Source of the DNA: a virus
Taxonomy: Duplodnaviria; Caudoviricetes
Strand: one strand, 5' to 3'
IMG/VR virus record: IMGVR_UViG_3300048804_000006
Span: 1-63,741 of that record
Length of the DNA: 63,741 nucleotides
Positions 47,280-55,865 of the stretch are shown piece by piece. Numbering within the stretch: the first letter of the stretch is position 1; every line of letters begins with the position of its first letter. Under the pieces are notes generated by a model. It worked only from the letters and a program-made list of their open reading frames with translations, was not told where the DNA came from and did not search any database. A program made the position numbers and the translations under genes.

Positions 47280-47356
47280 GAAATTGGCGTCGCACGAGTT
47301 TAAGAACCCACCCGGTTAAGTTGGCGTCACTATTGAAGATTTGCCCTCCCCCCTCT
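47280..47356 (-). other. Probable cos region
   Basis: Minus strand GGGGGGAGGGCAAATC...AACCGGGTGGGTTC...CTCGTGCG resembles HK97-type cos surroundings; gp74-like HNH and P27 TerS present. Confidence 0.5.
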
Positions 47357-47741
47357 ATCTTATTAATATCGTTATGTTATTGCAATGCACGGCAGCTCTC
47401 CACTACCCATGTGTATCTTCTGCCCTTTAATGTGTTATATTTATTGTATAGATATGTGGTTGTTTCTATTCTGTTTTCTGCTATTATGCTACCATATGTA
47501 TAAAAAAAACACATTGCCTCTGGTATTGTATGCCTCCAATGGCCATTGAATCAGGATGCAGGATAATAATTTATATATTATATTATATGGTTATAAGAAT
47601 TAATTAATATAATAGAATAATGGCTTATAAATTGCATTCTATCTATATAAATAACCGATGCCATTGGAGGCATCCACTAACAAAAGAGGAGGCACATCAT
47701 TTGTTTAACTGTTTATTTTGATTAAGAAAGGGGAATTGGAA

Positions 47742-48140
47742 ATGGAAAAGAAACTATCAGATTTTAATGACTATGAAGGGGTAGACGCGTCACTGGAAAC
47801 ATCACTGTATGAGTATGGTTTGATATGGAAAGAAATCACGCCGGAAGGGGAATTGCTACCGACACACTATCACTTTATTTACGGCGACGGATTACAGGAA
47901 ACGGAATCCATGGATATCGAATACAATTTATTTGACTGGGCTGATATTCCAATTGATTGCAATCCAGTAGATGAATGGGACTGGGTAAAGTGGTCCGACG
48001 TAGCAGAAACAAGCGGAATGAGTAAAAAGGATTTTCTCAAGATGCCATTGACCATGATTGTTTTCGATTTGATCGGTTATTATGGCCATGAAAATATATT
48101 CGGAGCGAGCTACTATCCTTTTGAGATTATAAACGAATAA
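47742..48140 (+). CDS. Highly acidic hypothetical protein (island gene 1)
   Basis: About 28 D/E versus 7 K and no R in 132 aa; GAAAGGGGAA RBS. Confidence 0.8.
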   Translation: MEKKLSDFNDYEGVDASLETSLYEYGLIWKEITPEGELLPTHYHFIYGDGLQETESMDIEYNLFDWADIPIDCNPVDEWDWVKWSDVAETSGMSKKDFLKMPLTMIVFDLIGYYGHENIFGASYYPFEIINE

Positions 48141-48164
48141 CACTAACAAGAAAGGGGAATAACA

Positions 48165-48323
48165 ATGTCTTTTATGTCCGATTTAGCAATTGAAATTGAA
48201 AACGAGGGAATCGATCTTAATCAGATTGATATGACGGATGTGCAAGAATTCGCAGAAGAATATGAGTATAAGCACGGCCGGAATGTGAGTACGCTAGAAG
48301 CTATCAAATTGATTTATAAATAG
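48165..48323 (+). CDS. 52-aa acidic protein
   Basis: MSFMSDLAIEIENE...; GAAAGGGGAA RBS; below the track cutoff. Confidence 0.75.
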   Translation: MSFMSDLAIEIENEGIDLNQIDMTDVQEFAEEYEYKHGRNVSTLEAIKLIYK

Positions 48324-48331
48324 AAAGGGAA

Positions 48332-48868
48332 ATGATTATGGAAAACACTGGAATCGACTATGGAAATGGATTGACAAATATTGACCATGAAACTGAAATC
48401 CGTTATGGCGTGATTCATCAAGGGGAAGTATTGCAGGCATGGGCGGATAGCAGTGAAGCAAAGTATCCATGTGAAGATTGCGAACGGAATGAAGATAATG
48501 AAGGATGCGATGATTGTATGGATTGCGAACCTTTGGAATCCACTTTCAATTCCGAAGGTTATAAATGCCAACAATCCGCCGATGATCCGGATATTTTCAT
48601 TCTCAAATCTCCGTTTTTTACGTATTGTCAATTCTGTTCACCATGTGCGCCTGGTGCGGGTTATTTGATGAACTGGTATAAGTTCCCGTCGTTTATGAAA
48701 GGGGAATTTATTGACGCAAGCGCACCCTATGCTTCACATGCTTATAAGGAAAACGCCGAAAACGCCGGCTATATTCGTGCCTATTGTTTCGGCTATGATT
48801 GGTATGAAAATAATAAAGCGCCGTATCCGGTTTTTTCAGTTGAAACTGGAAAACTTGTCAATCCATAA
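48332..48868 (+). CDS. Cys-rich acidic hypothetical protein
   Basis: GIDYG.G.TNID..RYGVI; CxxC motifs; CSPCAPGAG. Confidence 0.8.
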   Translation: MIMENTGIDYGNGLTNIDHETEIRYGVIHQGEVLQAWADSSEAKYPCEDCERNEDNEGCDDCMDCEPLESTFNSEGYKCQQSADDPDIFILKSPFFTYCQFCSPCAPGAGYLMNWYKFPSFMKGEFIDASAPYASHAYKENAENAGYIRAYCFGYDWYENNKAPYPVFSVETGKLVNP

Positions 48869-48899
48869 CATAATAATCAAAATTGAAAGGGGAAAAGTA

Positions 48900-49418
48900 A
48901 TGAGAGTAGAAACGACATCACGCGAGTTATACAAATTCGAGGAACTATCCGAAGACGCACAAGACAAGGCAATTGAGAAGTTATGGGATTTAAACGTCGA
49001 TCATGACTGGTGGCAATTCACATATGAAGACGCGGAAAATATCGGATTGAAAATCACGGAATTCGATATAGACCGCGGATCATATGCAAGGGGAAATTTT
49101 GAAGATTGCGCCGGGACTACAGCCAAAAAAATCATAGCGGAGCATGGTCCGGAATGTGAAACGGTAGCCACTGCGAAAAACTATCTTCAAGAATTGCAAG
49201 CGGTTATTGAAAAGAATGCAATCGAAAATAAAGACGAAAAGTATCCCGAAGATTTTCTTGACACTAAGGATATCGACCGGGAATTTTTGCGGTCACTCCT
49301 GGAAGACTACCGGATTATGTTATCAAAGGAATACGATTATCTGACCTCGCGTGAGGCTATAATCGAATCGATTGAAGCGAATGAATATGAATTTCTTGAT
49401 AATGGGACGATGGCCTAA
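48900..49418 (+). CDS. Acidic phage protein (family often labelled antitoxin-like)
   Basis: LYKFEELSEDAQDKAIE...EYDYLTS.EAIIESIEANEYEF; start at ATG 48900. Confidence 0.8.
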   Translation: MRVETTSRELYKFEELSEDAQDKAIEKLWDLNVDHDWWQFTYEDAENIGLKITEFDIDRGSYARGNFEDCAGTTAKKIIAEHGPECETVATAKNYLQELQAVIEKNAIENKDEKYPEDFLDTKDIDREFLRSLLEDYRIMLSKEYDYLTSREAIIESIEANEYEFLDNGTMA

Positions 49419-49447
49419 CACGTAAAAATTGAAAGGGGAAAATAATC

Positions 49448-49702
49448 ATGATAGCAAGCGAATTGAAAGCAATGGTTGAAAGTAATGGCCACGAGCCCCA
49501 TTTTTTCACTCGTAAAACCATGAAGTTTTTCGGCGATACGATGAAAAATTACGGGGCGCGGGAAACGGTTGTTGACACTTACTCGGAAAAATCGGTTCCG
49601 GTATATGAACTTTATAGACGGCACGCGGTTAAACATGGTCTGAGTGACTCCGCGTTTTTCCGAAAAGACACACTGGAAAGGTGTTTTATCGAAAGGAAAT
49701 AA
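49448..49702 (+). CDS. Hypothetical protein
   Basis: HFF.R.TMKFFGD pattern; GAAAGGGGAA RBS. Confidence 0.8.
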   Translation: MIASELKAMVESNGHEPHFFTRKTMKFFGDTMKNYGARETVVDTYSEKSVPVYELYRRHAVKHGLSDSAFFRKDTLERCFIERK

Positions 49703-49741
49703 TAACCTACAATCAAAAAACCTTGAAAGGGGAAAAGTAAA

Positions 49742-50176
49742 ATGGAAAAATTTGACTATCAGGAACAAGCGGATGATTTCATGAAGAAAACCGGCGCGAC
49801 TATGGAAACGAAATTGCTGGGAAACTTCCCTTATTTTGACGGCGACAAAGAACCGCGGGATGTATATCAGATAACAATAACGCGACAAATCGCACCAACA
49901 AAAGAGGGAAACAATTCAGCAACAAAAATTAGGTATAGTTTCCGGTTTGGTCAGTCCATTTCGGAATCGAAGAAACGGAAAGCGCCTACCTCTTATGATA
50001 TCCTGGCATGTGTGCAAAAATCCGATCCGGGAACATTTTCCGACTTTTGCGGAGATTTTGGCTATGATGAAGATAGCAGGAAAGCGGAGAAAACTTACTT
50101 CGCAGTTCAAAAGGAATGGAAAGGAATTGAATCAATTTTTGGGGATGTTATTGAGGAGTTACAAGAAATAAATTGA
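49742..50176 (+). CDS. Hypothetical protein
   Basis: PTSYDILAC..K.DPGTF.DFC.DFGYDEDSRKA. Confidence 0.8.
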   Translation: MEKFDYQEQADDFMKKTGATMETKLLGNFPYFDGDKEPRDVYQITITRQIAPTKEGNNSATKIRYSFRFGQSISESKKRKAPTSYDILACVQKSDPGTFSDFCGDFGYDEDSRKAEKTYFAVQKEWKGIESIFGDVIEELQEIN

Positions 50177-50186
50177 AAGGGAATAT

Positions 50187-50363
50187 ATGAAAAAACCGTG
50201 GTCAGAAATGTATGAAAAGGGATATCAGAACGCGATTTATTTCGCGTATATTCCTGATTTTAAAGATCAAAATGACATAATCGAATATTCAAGAGGTTTT
50301 CACGACGGAAAGGAAGGGGAAAAGCTATGTACGCATCATTCAACCGATTTGAAATTGAAATGA
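50187..50363 (+). CDS. 58-aa hypothetical protein
   Basis: MKKPWSEMYEKGY...EYSRGFHDG; GAAAGGGAA RBS. Confidence 0.6.
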   Translation: MKKPWSEMYEKGYQNAIYFAYIPDFKDQNDIIEYSRGFHDGKEGEKLCTHHSTDLKLK

Positions 50364-50617
50364 CAAAAGAGCAGGCTCATGACGCCTCACATTCCGGATC
50401 ATGTGACAATGACGTAGCGGAATTGCTAACAAATCCGAAAGTGAAAAGACAATTGAAGAAAATCCCGGATGATTTGCTGGCAGCGGAATTGAGGGAATTC
50501 GGCGCTTGGGATGAAACGGAATTAGCGGATAGAAAAGAAAACGAGGCACGAATAATTTGGATTGCAGCGGGGAATATAACCGAAATGGAATGGGAAAAGC
50601 GAAAGGGGAAGTCATGA
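50327..50617 (+). CDS. Hypothetical protein
   Basis: SHSGSCD.DV, LREFGAWD..EL, WIAAG. Confidence 0.8.
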   Translation: MYASFNRFEIEMTKEQAHDASHSGSCDNDVAELLTNPKVKRQLKKIPDDLLAAELREFGAWDETELADRKENEARIIWIAAGNITEMEWEKRKGKS

Positions 50618-50946
50618 AAAAATCAGATAGACAAGAAAACCTCATGCCGAAAGGTATCCCGAAATGGCTTCGCTGCTACGATAACGGCGGGAAGACTTTC
50701 GACCGCTACACTGTGATTTTTACGCATGCGCATAGTTTTGGGTTGAAAGGATTCACGGTAGGCGTTGGGATGTCGGAATATCCTTTTCATCCGCAGGGAT
50801 TCGGCCAACATTTCGAGTATGATCGATTCAATTACAACGGGCGAAGTGGCGGAAAACGGATCAAATTTGAAAACCTCGCAGCGGATTGCAAGCGCCTGGT
50901 GATATCGGATTATTGCGAATATTGGAACTTGAAAGCAGGTACCTAA
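50614..50946 (+). CDS. Hypothetical protein
   Basis: YDNGGKTFDRYTV, GMS..PFHPQGFGQ; start at ATG 50614. Confidence 0.8.
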   Translation: MKKSDRQENLMPKGIPKWLRCYDNGGKTFDRYTVIFTHAHSFGLKGFTVGVGMSEYPFHPQGFGQHFEYDRFNYNGRSGGKRIKFENLAADCKRLVISDYCEYWNLKAGT

Positions 50947-51033
50947 TGGAAATAATCCTGATTTTGGTCGTGATCGCCTTATGGCAGGAAAATAAACGAG
51001 GTCCATATAAAATTGAGAAAGGGGAAAGGTGAT

Positions 51034-51264
51034 ATGCGAAAATTTAAAGGGAAAGTCAGATATATCACCTTGTTTCAAGAGGGGACTTGCGGCCATAAGC
51101 ATCGATTCTATGGGAAAGCGCTTGATTGCCTGGATAAGTTTGCGGATCATGGTATGGAATCGATGATAGCAGAAACAAGATATAATCCAGATTTGGCATG
51201 GATTGAAAATTGTTTGCTGAAAAATACGAGTATGCCGGAAATGATATCGGCGCTTGCAAGGTAG
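51034..51264 (+). CDS. Hypothetical protein (last island gene)
   Basis: GAAAGGGGAA RBS; followed by a terminator. Confidence 0.7.
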   Translation: MRKFKGKVRYITLFQEGTCGHKHRFYGKALDCLDKFADHGMESMIAETRYNPDLAWIENCLLKNTSMPEMISALAR

Positions 51265-51280
51265 AAAAATTATTGACACA

Positions 51281-51313
51281 AGCCCGGATGCTTTCAAAGG
51301 TCCGGGTTTTTTA
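51281..51313 (+). terminator. Rho-independent terminator closing the plus-strand island
   Basis: AGCCCGGA-loop-TCCGGGTT followed by a T-run. Confidence 0.75.
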
Positions 51314-51556
51314 TTGCTTAAAATTCAAGACCTCCGCCACTATTCCCCACCATTTTGAAACCTACCATAATTCCTTGCACAATCACTCTGCAATCGATTC
51401 AAATTCAAATGGCCACTACCTATCGTCGGAAATATGATCGTTCGCTGTAGCCTCAATTTCAGGAAATGACTATTCAGGAAGTGAATTGATGGGATTAGTT
51501 TCTGAGCTGAGATTCATTTCAGTGGAGAATTGGATTTCAAATAATCGTCTAAAAAG

Positions 51557-51641
51557 TCGCATACCATGAGTTTACAATTTTGGGACATACCAAAGTTTGG
51601 CAATTTTGGGGAAATATCGCATACCGGAGTTTAGCAATTCC
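51557..51641. repeat. Three imperfect ~27-bp direct repeats
   Basis: CATACC-n-AGTTT-n-CAATT at 51557, 51585 and 51617. Confidence 0.75.
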
Positions 51642-51689
51642 TATTCAATCCGGTTTGCCTTTTCCTCGACTGATTTTTCCGAATACGTA

Positions 51690-52034
51690 TCAATGACCGT
51701 TTCCCTCACGCCATAATTCCGCCCGACGATATTTCAAATAATCCCGGAACGTGAGTTGTTCCACTTCCCGATTACCAATCATAACTCTCTTGGCCTTGCT
51801 GATTTTAATTGAAGTGGGATTGCCTCGCATACTGGCCGCTGAGGGCTGCTTGAGTTCAAGTTTTGAACAGTAGCCGAGGAGGGGTTGCTGAGTTGAGGTA
51901 CAGATGGGCATTAAAACGAGGTCTATGGATTTGGGGAATGAGGGGTCTGGACGCCTGGTTGTACCCTGAAAACAGAAGCACCCTTTGCATACCCCGGATT
52001 GGAGTTGTTCCGACATACGGTGATATTGTCCCAT
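51690..52034 (-). CDS. Cys-containing hypothetical protein
   Basis: ORF with AGGAGG SD. Confidence 0.7.
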   Translation of the reverse strand: MGQYHRMSEQLQSGVCKGCFCFQGTTRRPDPSFPKSIDLVLMPICTSTQQPLLGYCSKLELKQPSAASMRGNPTSIKISKAKRVMIGNREVEQLTFRDYLKYRRAELWREGNGH

Positions 52035-52043
52035 ACCGACCTC

Positions 52044-52262
52044 CTATTCAACCTGTGCGGTAGCACTCATACCTGACTCGATCAAGATCCTCCCCATCGC
52101 GGCTGGCTTCTGGTTGTTCTTGTGGGCGAGCTTGAGGAGTTTCTTGTGAGTCTCGGGGGTAAGGCATACCGTCATTGTCCGGGATTTGAGCCGCTTGGTG
52201 TCGGTGAACAGTGGTCGGCCTCGCTTGGCACCGGGAGTTTTAGTTTGAGCGTGAGTTGTCAT
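52044..52262 (-). CDS. Arc/ribbon-helix-helix-like DNA-binding protein
   Basis: KRGRP, MTVCLTPETHKKLLKLA...PAAMGRILIE. Confidence 0.7.
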   Translation of the reverse strand: MTTHAQTKTPGAKRGRPLFTDTKRLKSRTMTVCLTPETHKKLLKLAHKNNQKPAAMGRILIESGMSATAQVE

Positions 52263-52371
52263 AAGGGGTCTCCTAATTTAAGTGTGTGGCGGATACGGGT
52301 TGTGATGTTTCACGCATTTGCTGCATACTCATACCCGCCACGGTGTTAATGGCACACAACAAGTTGACTGT

Positions 52372-52400
52372 ATAATAAACCTAATTTAATATGTTGTCAA
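52372..52400 (-). promoter_or_regulatory. Sigma70 promoter with operator ATAATAAAC-CTA-ATTTAATAT
   Basis: TTGACA-17 bp-TATTAT; operator in the same register as at 47213. Confidence 0.75.
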
Positions 52401-52411
52401 GAAAATTCTTA

Positions 52412-53236
52412 CTACATCCCCTCAGTCTGGAATAACTCCCCGATATGCTTGGCGATTCGCTGCCTGCCGATCTCGAAATAGGTTGGGTCGCGCTCGATGC
52501 AGATGTATTTATGGTTGGTGTTGATGGCGGCGATGGCGGTCGTAAACGAGCCGGCGAATGGATCGAGGATTGTGTCGCCGGGATTACTCCAAGAGAGGAT
52601 GTGATCTCGCGCAAGAGATTCAGGAAAAATCGCTGGATGTTTATGAGCAATCATATCCTCTGCCATGCTCCCCCCGGAAACCGTATAGCTCCACAAGTTT
52701 TGCAACTTGACCTGCCCTGCTATTTTCACTTCCTTGGCCGTGAACACCCCTGCCTTATTCCGGGTAACGGGTCTCATTCTAACAGTTCGCTTATCATTCC
52801 ATTTATTACGCCTATCTTCCATAAGGGGGTTAAATGTTTTTAATTGACCTCTTGAGAGAATGAAGCAATATTCAAATGCCTGATAATAGCGCATTGGGCC
52901 ACCAACGGGAGGCGGATTGTCTTTCATGTAAATCATTGTATCGTGAATATTGAACCCCACCTCTTTGAAATACAGTGCCTGCTTGAATGAGGTGCCTGTC
53001 TCGCTACCCTTGATTGTGGCATCGCCAACTATCCACACAACCACGCCACCCGGCTTAGTCACCCTGAATAATTCTTGAATAACCGGCTTCCAGATATGCT
53101 CACCCCATTCGAGAGAGTCATTATACGTCCTGAGATTGTCATAGGGAGGAGAGGTCACGGTTAAATCCACACTCCCATCCTCAATCTTCTGCATCTCAAT
53201 CAGACAATTGCCAAGAAGTCTTATGCCATATTTCAT
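52412..53236 (-). CDS. DNA amino-methyltransferase (SPPY, beta class, possibly m4C)
   Basis: TSPPYD, HPAIFP, LDPFAGS. Confidence 0.93.
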   Translation of the reverse strand: MKYGIRLLGNCLIEMQKIEDGSVDLTVTSPPYDNLRTYNDSLEWGEHIWKPVIQELFRVTKPGGVVVWIVGDATIKGSETGTSFKQALYFKEVGFNIHDTMIYMKDNPPPVGGPMRYYQAFEYCFILSRGQLKTFNPLMEDRRNKWNDKRTVRMRPVTRNKAGVFTAKEVKIAGQVKLQNLWSYTVSGGSMAEDMIAHKHPAIFPESLARDHILSWSNPGDTILDPFAGSFTTAIAAINTNHKYICIERDPTYFEIGRQRIAKHIGELFQTEGM

Positions 53237-53691
53237 TTAATTTTCTCCATTTTGTCTCTTGCATATTTGGCTCGTTTATGGTCATTGCGACATTTACAAC
53301 AATGCCTTATGCCATTAGGAGATATATAAAGATTTGACCCACTATAAGGATGCCCATGTGGACAATGAGTTCTTGCTTTTTTTTCCAATGCTGCTGCCTT
53401 TTGCAATCTGGGTAAGCGAAGAAGTAATTCTTTTCTTAAAGTTTCACTCCGTCCATCTATTTCCATATGACATTTTCTACATAAGAATTCAATATTACTT
53501 GGCTTATTATTCCCCGTGTTGCCATCCTTATGATGCCTATCAATTCTTTTTGAGTTTTCTCCACACCGGCTGCATGATTTAGCAATCGGATATAAATTTT
53601 CAGCACGTCTCCTGCCACCTTTTACAGAAACCTTATCACCAGTCCAAGCATAATGCGATGAGCCAGCGGGGTATCTTCCTTTTCTTGCCAT
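53233..53691 (-). CDS. Free-standing HNH endonuclease
   Basis: CSRCG..HHKDGN..NN..SNIE.LCRKCH; THCPHGH Zn domain. Confidence 0.9.
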   Translation of the reverse strand: MARKGRYPAGSSHYAWTGDKVSVKGGRRRAENLYPIAKSCSRCGENSKRIDRHHKDGNTGNNKPSNIEFLCRKCHMEIDGRSETLRKELLLRLPRLQKAAALEKKARTHCPHGHPYSGSNLYISPNGIRHCCKCRNDHKRAKYARDKMEKIK

Positions 53692-53774
53692 AGGATAACC
53701 TCCTCTTTGGAATAACTATGGCATAACTTCAAGGCATTGTCAAGATAAATAATTGTAATTTTAATCCGAGTTCC

Positions 53775-53880
53775 GGGTTACACACAGCCGGGTCCGGGCG
53801 GACGGCGGAAGGCGTGGCACGGGTAGTGGCAAGGCCAACCCGCCACGCACCTTGCGCCCGGTGACAACTGTGCATAACCC
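53775..53880 (-). ncRNA. Candidate structured RNA (long imperfect hairpin)
   Basis: 16-bp basal stem with four G-U pairs on the minus strand; further nested stems. Confidence 0.45.
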
Positions 53881-53889
53881 TCGTAGCTG

Positions 53890-54117
53890 TCACTCACCCC
53901 ACCTCAATCCGGTTCTAGATTCCCATTCCCGCCGAGCCAGAACCATTAACTCGATAGGGACCTTAAATGTTGCTTCAAATCGATTACCCGGCTCATGGTA
54001 GATACCGCGTTTACTAATCCATCGGATGTAACTCAAAGGCACAGCCGGATTTGACAACGACAACCCGGAGTATTGCCCGAAGGTGATGATGGTTGAGGGG
54101 TTACGCATTACTTCCAC
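53890..54117 (-). CDS. Small protein (DUF3820/ExoX C-terminal-like)
   Basis: TFGQYSG..L....VP.SY..W. Confidence 0.6.
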   Translation of the reverse strand: MEVMRNPSTIITFGQYSGLSLSNPAVPLSYIRWISKRGIYHEPGNRFEATFKVPIELMVLARREWESRTGLRWGE

Positions 54118-54602
54118 CGGCCTTTACTATCCCTCGGGACGGATTTCATTTCATTACTCAGCCACGCTTTGCCTTTGTCGGACATTGTGGGCACACGGTC
54201 GGGGATTACTTTATGCGGATGCACTCTCATCTTATAAAGCCATATTTGGTGAGGCCATGTTGATGATCCGCAAATTGCAAGCGACTCCGGCAGCACCAGA
54301 TCCACCTTATTCAACATCCCCCGCTTAACTTCGATTGAGAAGATGGATTGGATGGCGGTGTAGTAGTTGCCGTTGTCGGAATCGTAATTGCCGATCCCGT
54401 TTGATAGCCACCGCCAGCCGACGACTACGCCTGCGCGGGTTGGGACCATTTTCTGCTTCCAAACTTTTTCGACTCGCATGGTGTTGTAAGCCTTACTGTT
54501 AATTTGTTCTTCACCGTATCCACGCTTGAGGATGAAATCGTATTTGACCGACATGCCGAAAGTGAATGTACGTTTGAATTGTGCGAGTTGTGATTTGTCC
54601 AT
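54108..54602 (-). CDS. Hypothetical protein
   Basis: ORF with AAAGGAG SD. Confidence 0.7.
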   Translation of the reverse strand: MDKSQLAQFKRTFTFGMSVKYDFILKRGYGEEQINSKAYNTMRVEKVWKQKMVPTRAGVVVGWRWLSNGIGNYDSDNGNYYTAIQSIFSIEVKRGMLNKVDLVLPESLAICGSSTWPHQIWLYKMRVHPHKVIPDRVPTMSDKGKAWLSNEMKSVPRDSKGRWK

Positions 54603-54603
54603 G

Positions 54604-55017
54604 CTAATCTCCTTTCGTAATAGGCGTAAAATTTGTTTGGATTAAGCGAATATTTTCCATAACTTTATCCCCTACCTTGTCATGCGTAAACCATCTAATT
54701 GTTTTATCGCGGTCCATTGCATAGGACACTTCATGAGCCGTGCTTTTGCCGATATAGCTCTGATAGTTGACTACAAATATTTCATTGCATAGATCAATCT
54801 TTCGGCGGTGTAACGCATCCATCTCAGCCGCAACACCTTCATGTTCAGCAAGATGATCAGGAGGTAATGTCCCGTCTCCCGATCTGTACCACGAGGGAAG
54901 TAAATGCAATCCTATCGCAATAGCATTTTCATCCTTCTCGATGAACCATGCACAAACAGCCATAATGTCAACAAATTTAGACGATCCGCATAAAACTACC
55001 ACTTTCGGCTTGTCCAT
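54604..55017 (-). CDS. Nucleoside 2-deoxyribosyltransferase-like (DUF4406-like) protein
   Basis: VVLCGS.KF, LH.RKIDL...IFVVN..YIG.ST..E..YA. Confidence 0.7.
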   Translation of the reverse strand: MDKPKVVVLCGSSKFVDIMAVCAWFIEKDENAIAIGLHLLPSWYRSGDGTLPPDHLAEHEGVAAEMDALHRRKIDLCNEIFVVNYQSYIGKSTAHEVSYAMDRDKTIRWFTHDKVGDKVMENIRLIQTNFTPITKGD

Positions 55018-55019
55018 TT

Positions 55020-55865
55020 TTAGCCCTCCAAAAGTTCGTTAGGGTTCCACGAAATCTGATCCATAACTTGCAATGTCAATCGCTCCACGAAATCATAATC
55101 AAAAATCTTGTTTCCCTTTTTAATATTATCAACCATCCATAGTGGTTGTAAATTTTCAAGACTCCAACAAACTTTGAATCCAAGGCTATCAATTTCTGTA
55201 AATTCAAAAAACGATCTTGGAATGATATGATCTACCTCCCATCCATATTTTCCATAATTATCCCAAGTCATCCCCGGCTGAAACAAGAATTCAAGGTGAT
55301 CCATCAATTCTTGCAATGAAAAATTCACCATCGTGAAAACTTTCTGATTGTTTTTACTGATTCCTATTTTCTTTAAGCTGTGGTAAACATTGCTTGAAAC
55401 CATTTTATGAATTCTATTTTTTGGATCTTCATTTTCTTTCTGATGCCTAATCCTGTTTACCTCCGGACTAACCTTATATTTTTCCTTATTATTTAAATAA
55501 TATTCTTGCCCCTGTTCTCTCTTTTTCTCTATGTTTAATTGATAATAATCTTGATAGTATAATTTAAATTTAAGTTCATCCTCCTCAGTCCTGTTGAGTT
55601 TTCTCTTTGCTGCCGACACTCTGTTTGTTTCTCTTGCCTTTTCTGGATTCTCTTTTCGATATCTGGCGGATGATGCTCTACCCCTTTCAGGATGCAAGGC
55701 TTTTGTCTTGTCGGTTAATAGTACATGACACTTTTTACATCTGCGTAACGGATTCCCGCATTGATTGTTATAAAATTCAGACAACAGTTTTTCTTGATTG
55801 CAATCACTACAAACTTTAGACGTTGCCTGTTCTTTTTTTCTTTTTCGGCGTGTTGAAGTAGGCAC
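55020..55865 (-). CDS. Free-standing HNH endonuclease
   Basis: CSDC..EK..EF..CKKC; GMTWDNYG..WEVDHIIP...NLQPLW..DN..KG; probable GTG start at 55865 with GAGGTG SD. Confidence 0.88.
   Translation of the reverse strand: MPTSTRRKRKKEQATSKVCSDCNQEKLLSEFYNNQCGNPLRRCKKCHVLLTDKTKALHPERGRASSARYRKENPEKARETNRVSAAKRKLNRTEEDELKFKLYYQDYYQLNIEKKREQGQEYYLNNKEKYKVSPEVNRIRHQKENEDPKNRIHKMVSSNVYHSLKKIGISKNNQKVFTMVNFSLQELMDHLEFLFQPGMTWDNYGKYGWEVDHIIPRSFFEFTEIDSLGFKVCWSLENLQPLWMVDNIKKGNKIFDYDFVERLTLQVMDQISWNPNELLEG

Noticed and set aside
47928-51297. Minus-strand ORFs across the island (e.g. 49415..49888, 50623..51297)
   Set aside because: They are Phe-rich antisense shadows of plus-strand genes that have clear RBSs
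51557-51641. Mini CRISPR array
   Set aside because: The units are degenerate and nearly abutting, with no spacer-length unique sequence and no cas genes
55833-55845. Sequencing frameshift or pseudogene splitting a Zn-ribbon-HNH fusion
   Set aside because: The same +1 overlap recurs at 62194-62328 and each HNH gene has its own SD and start codon; not fully excluded without reads
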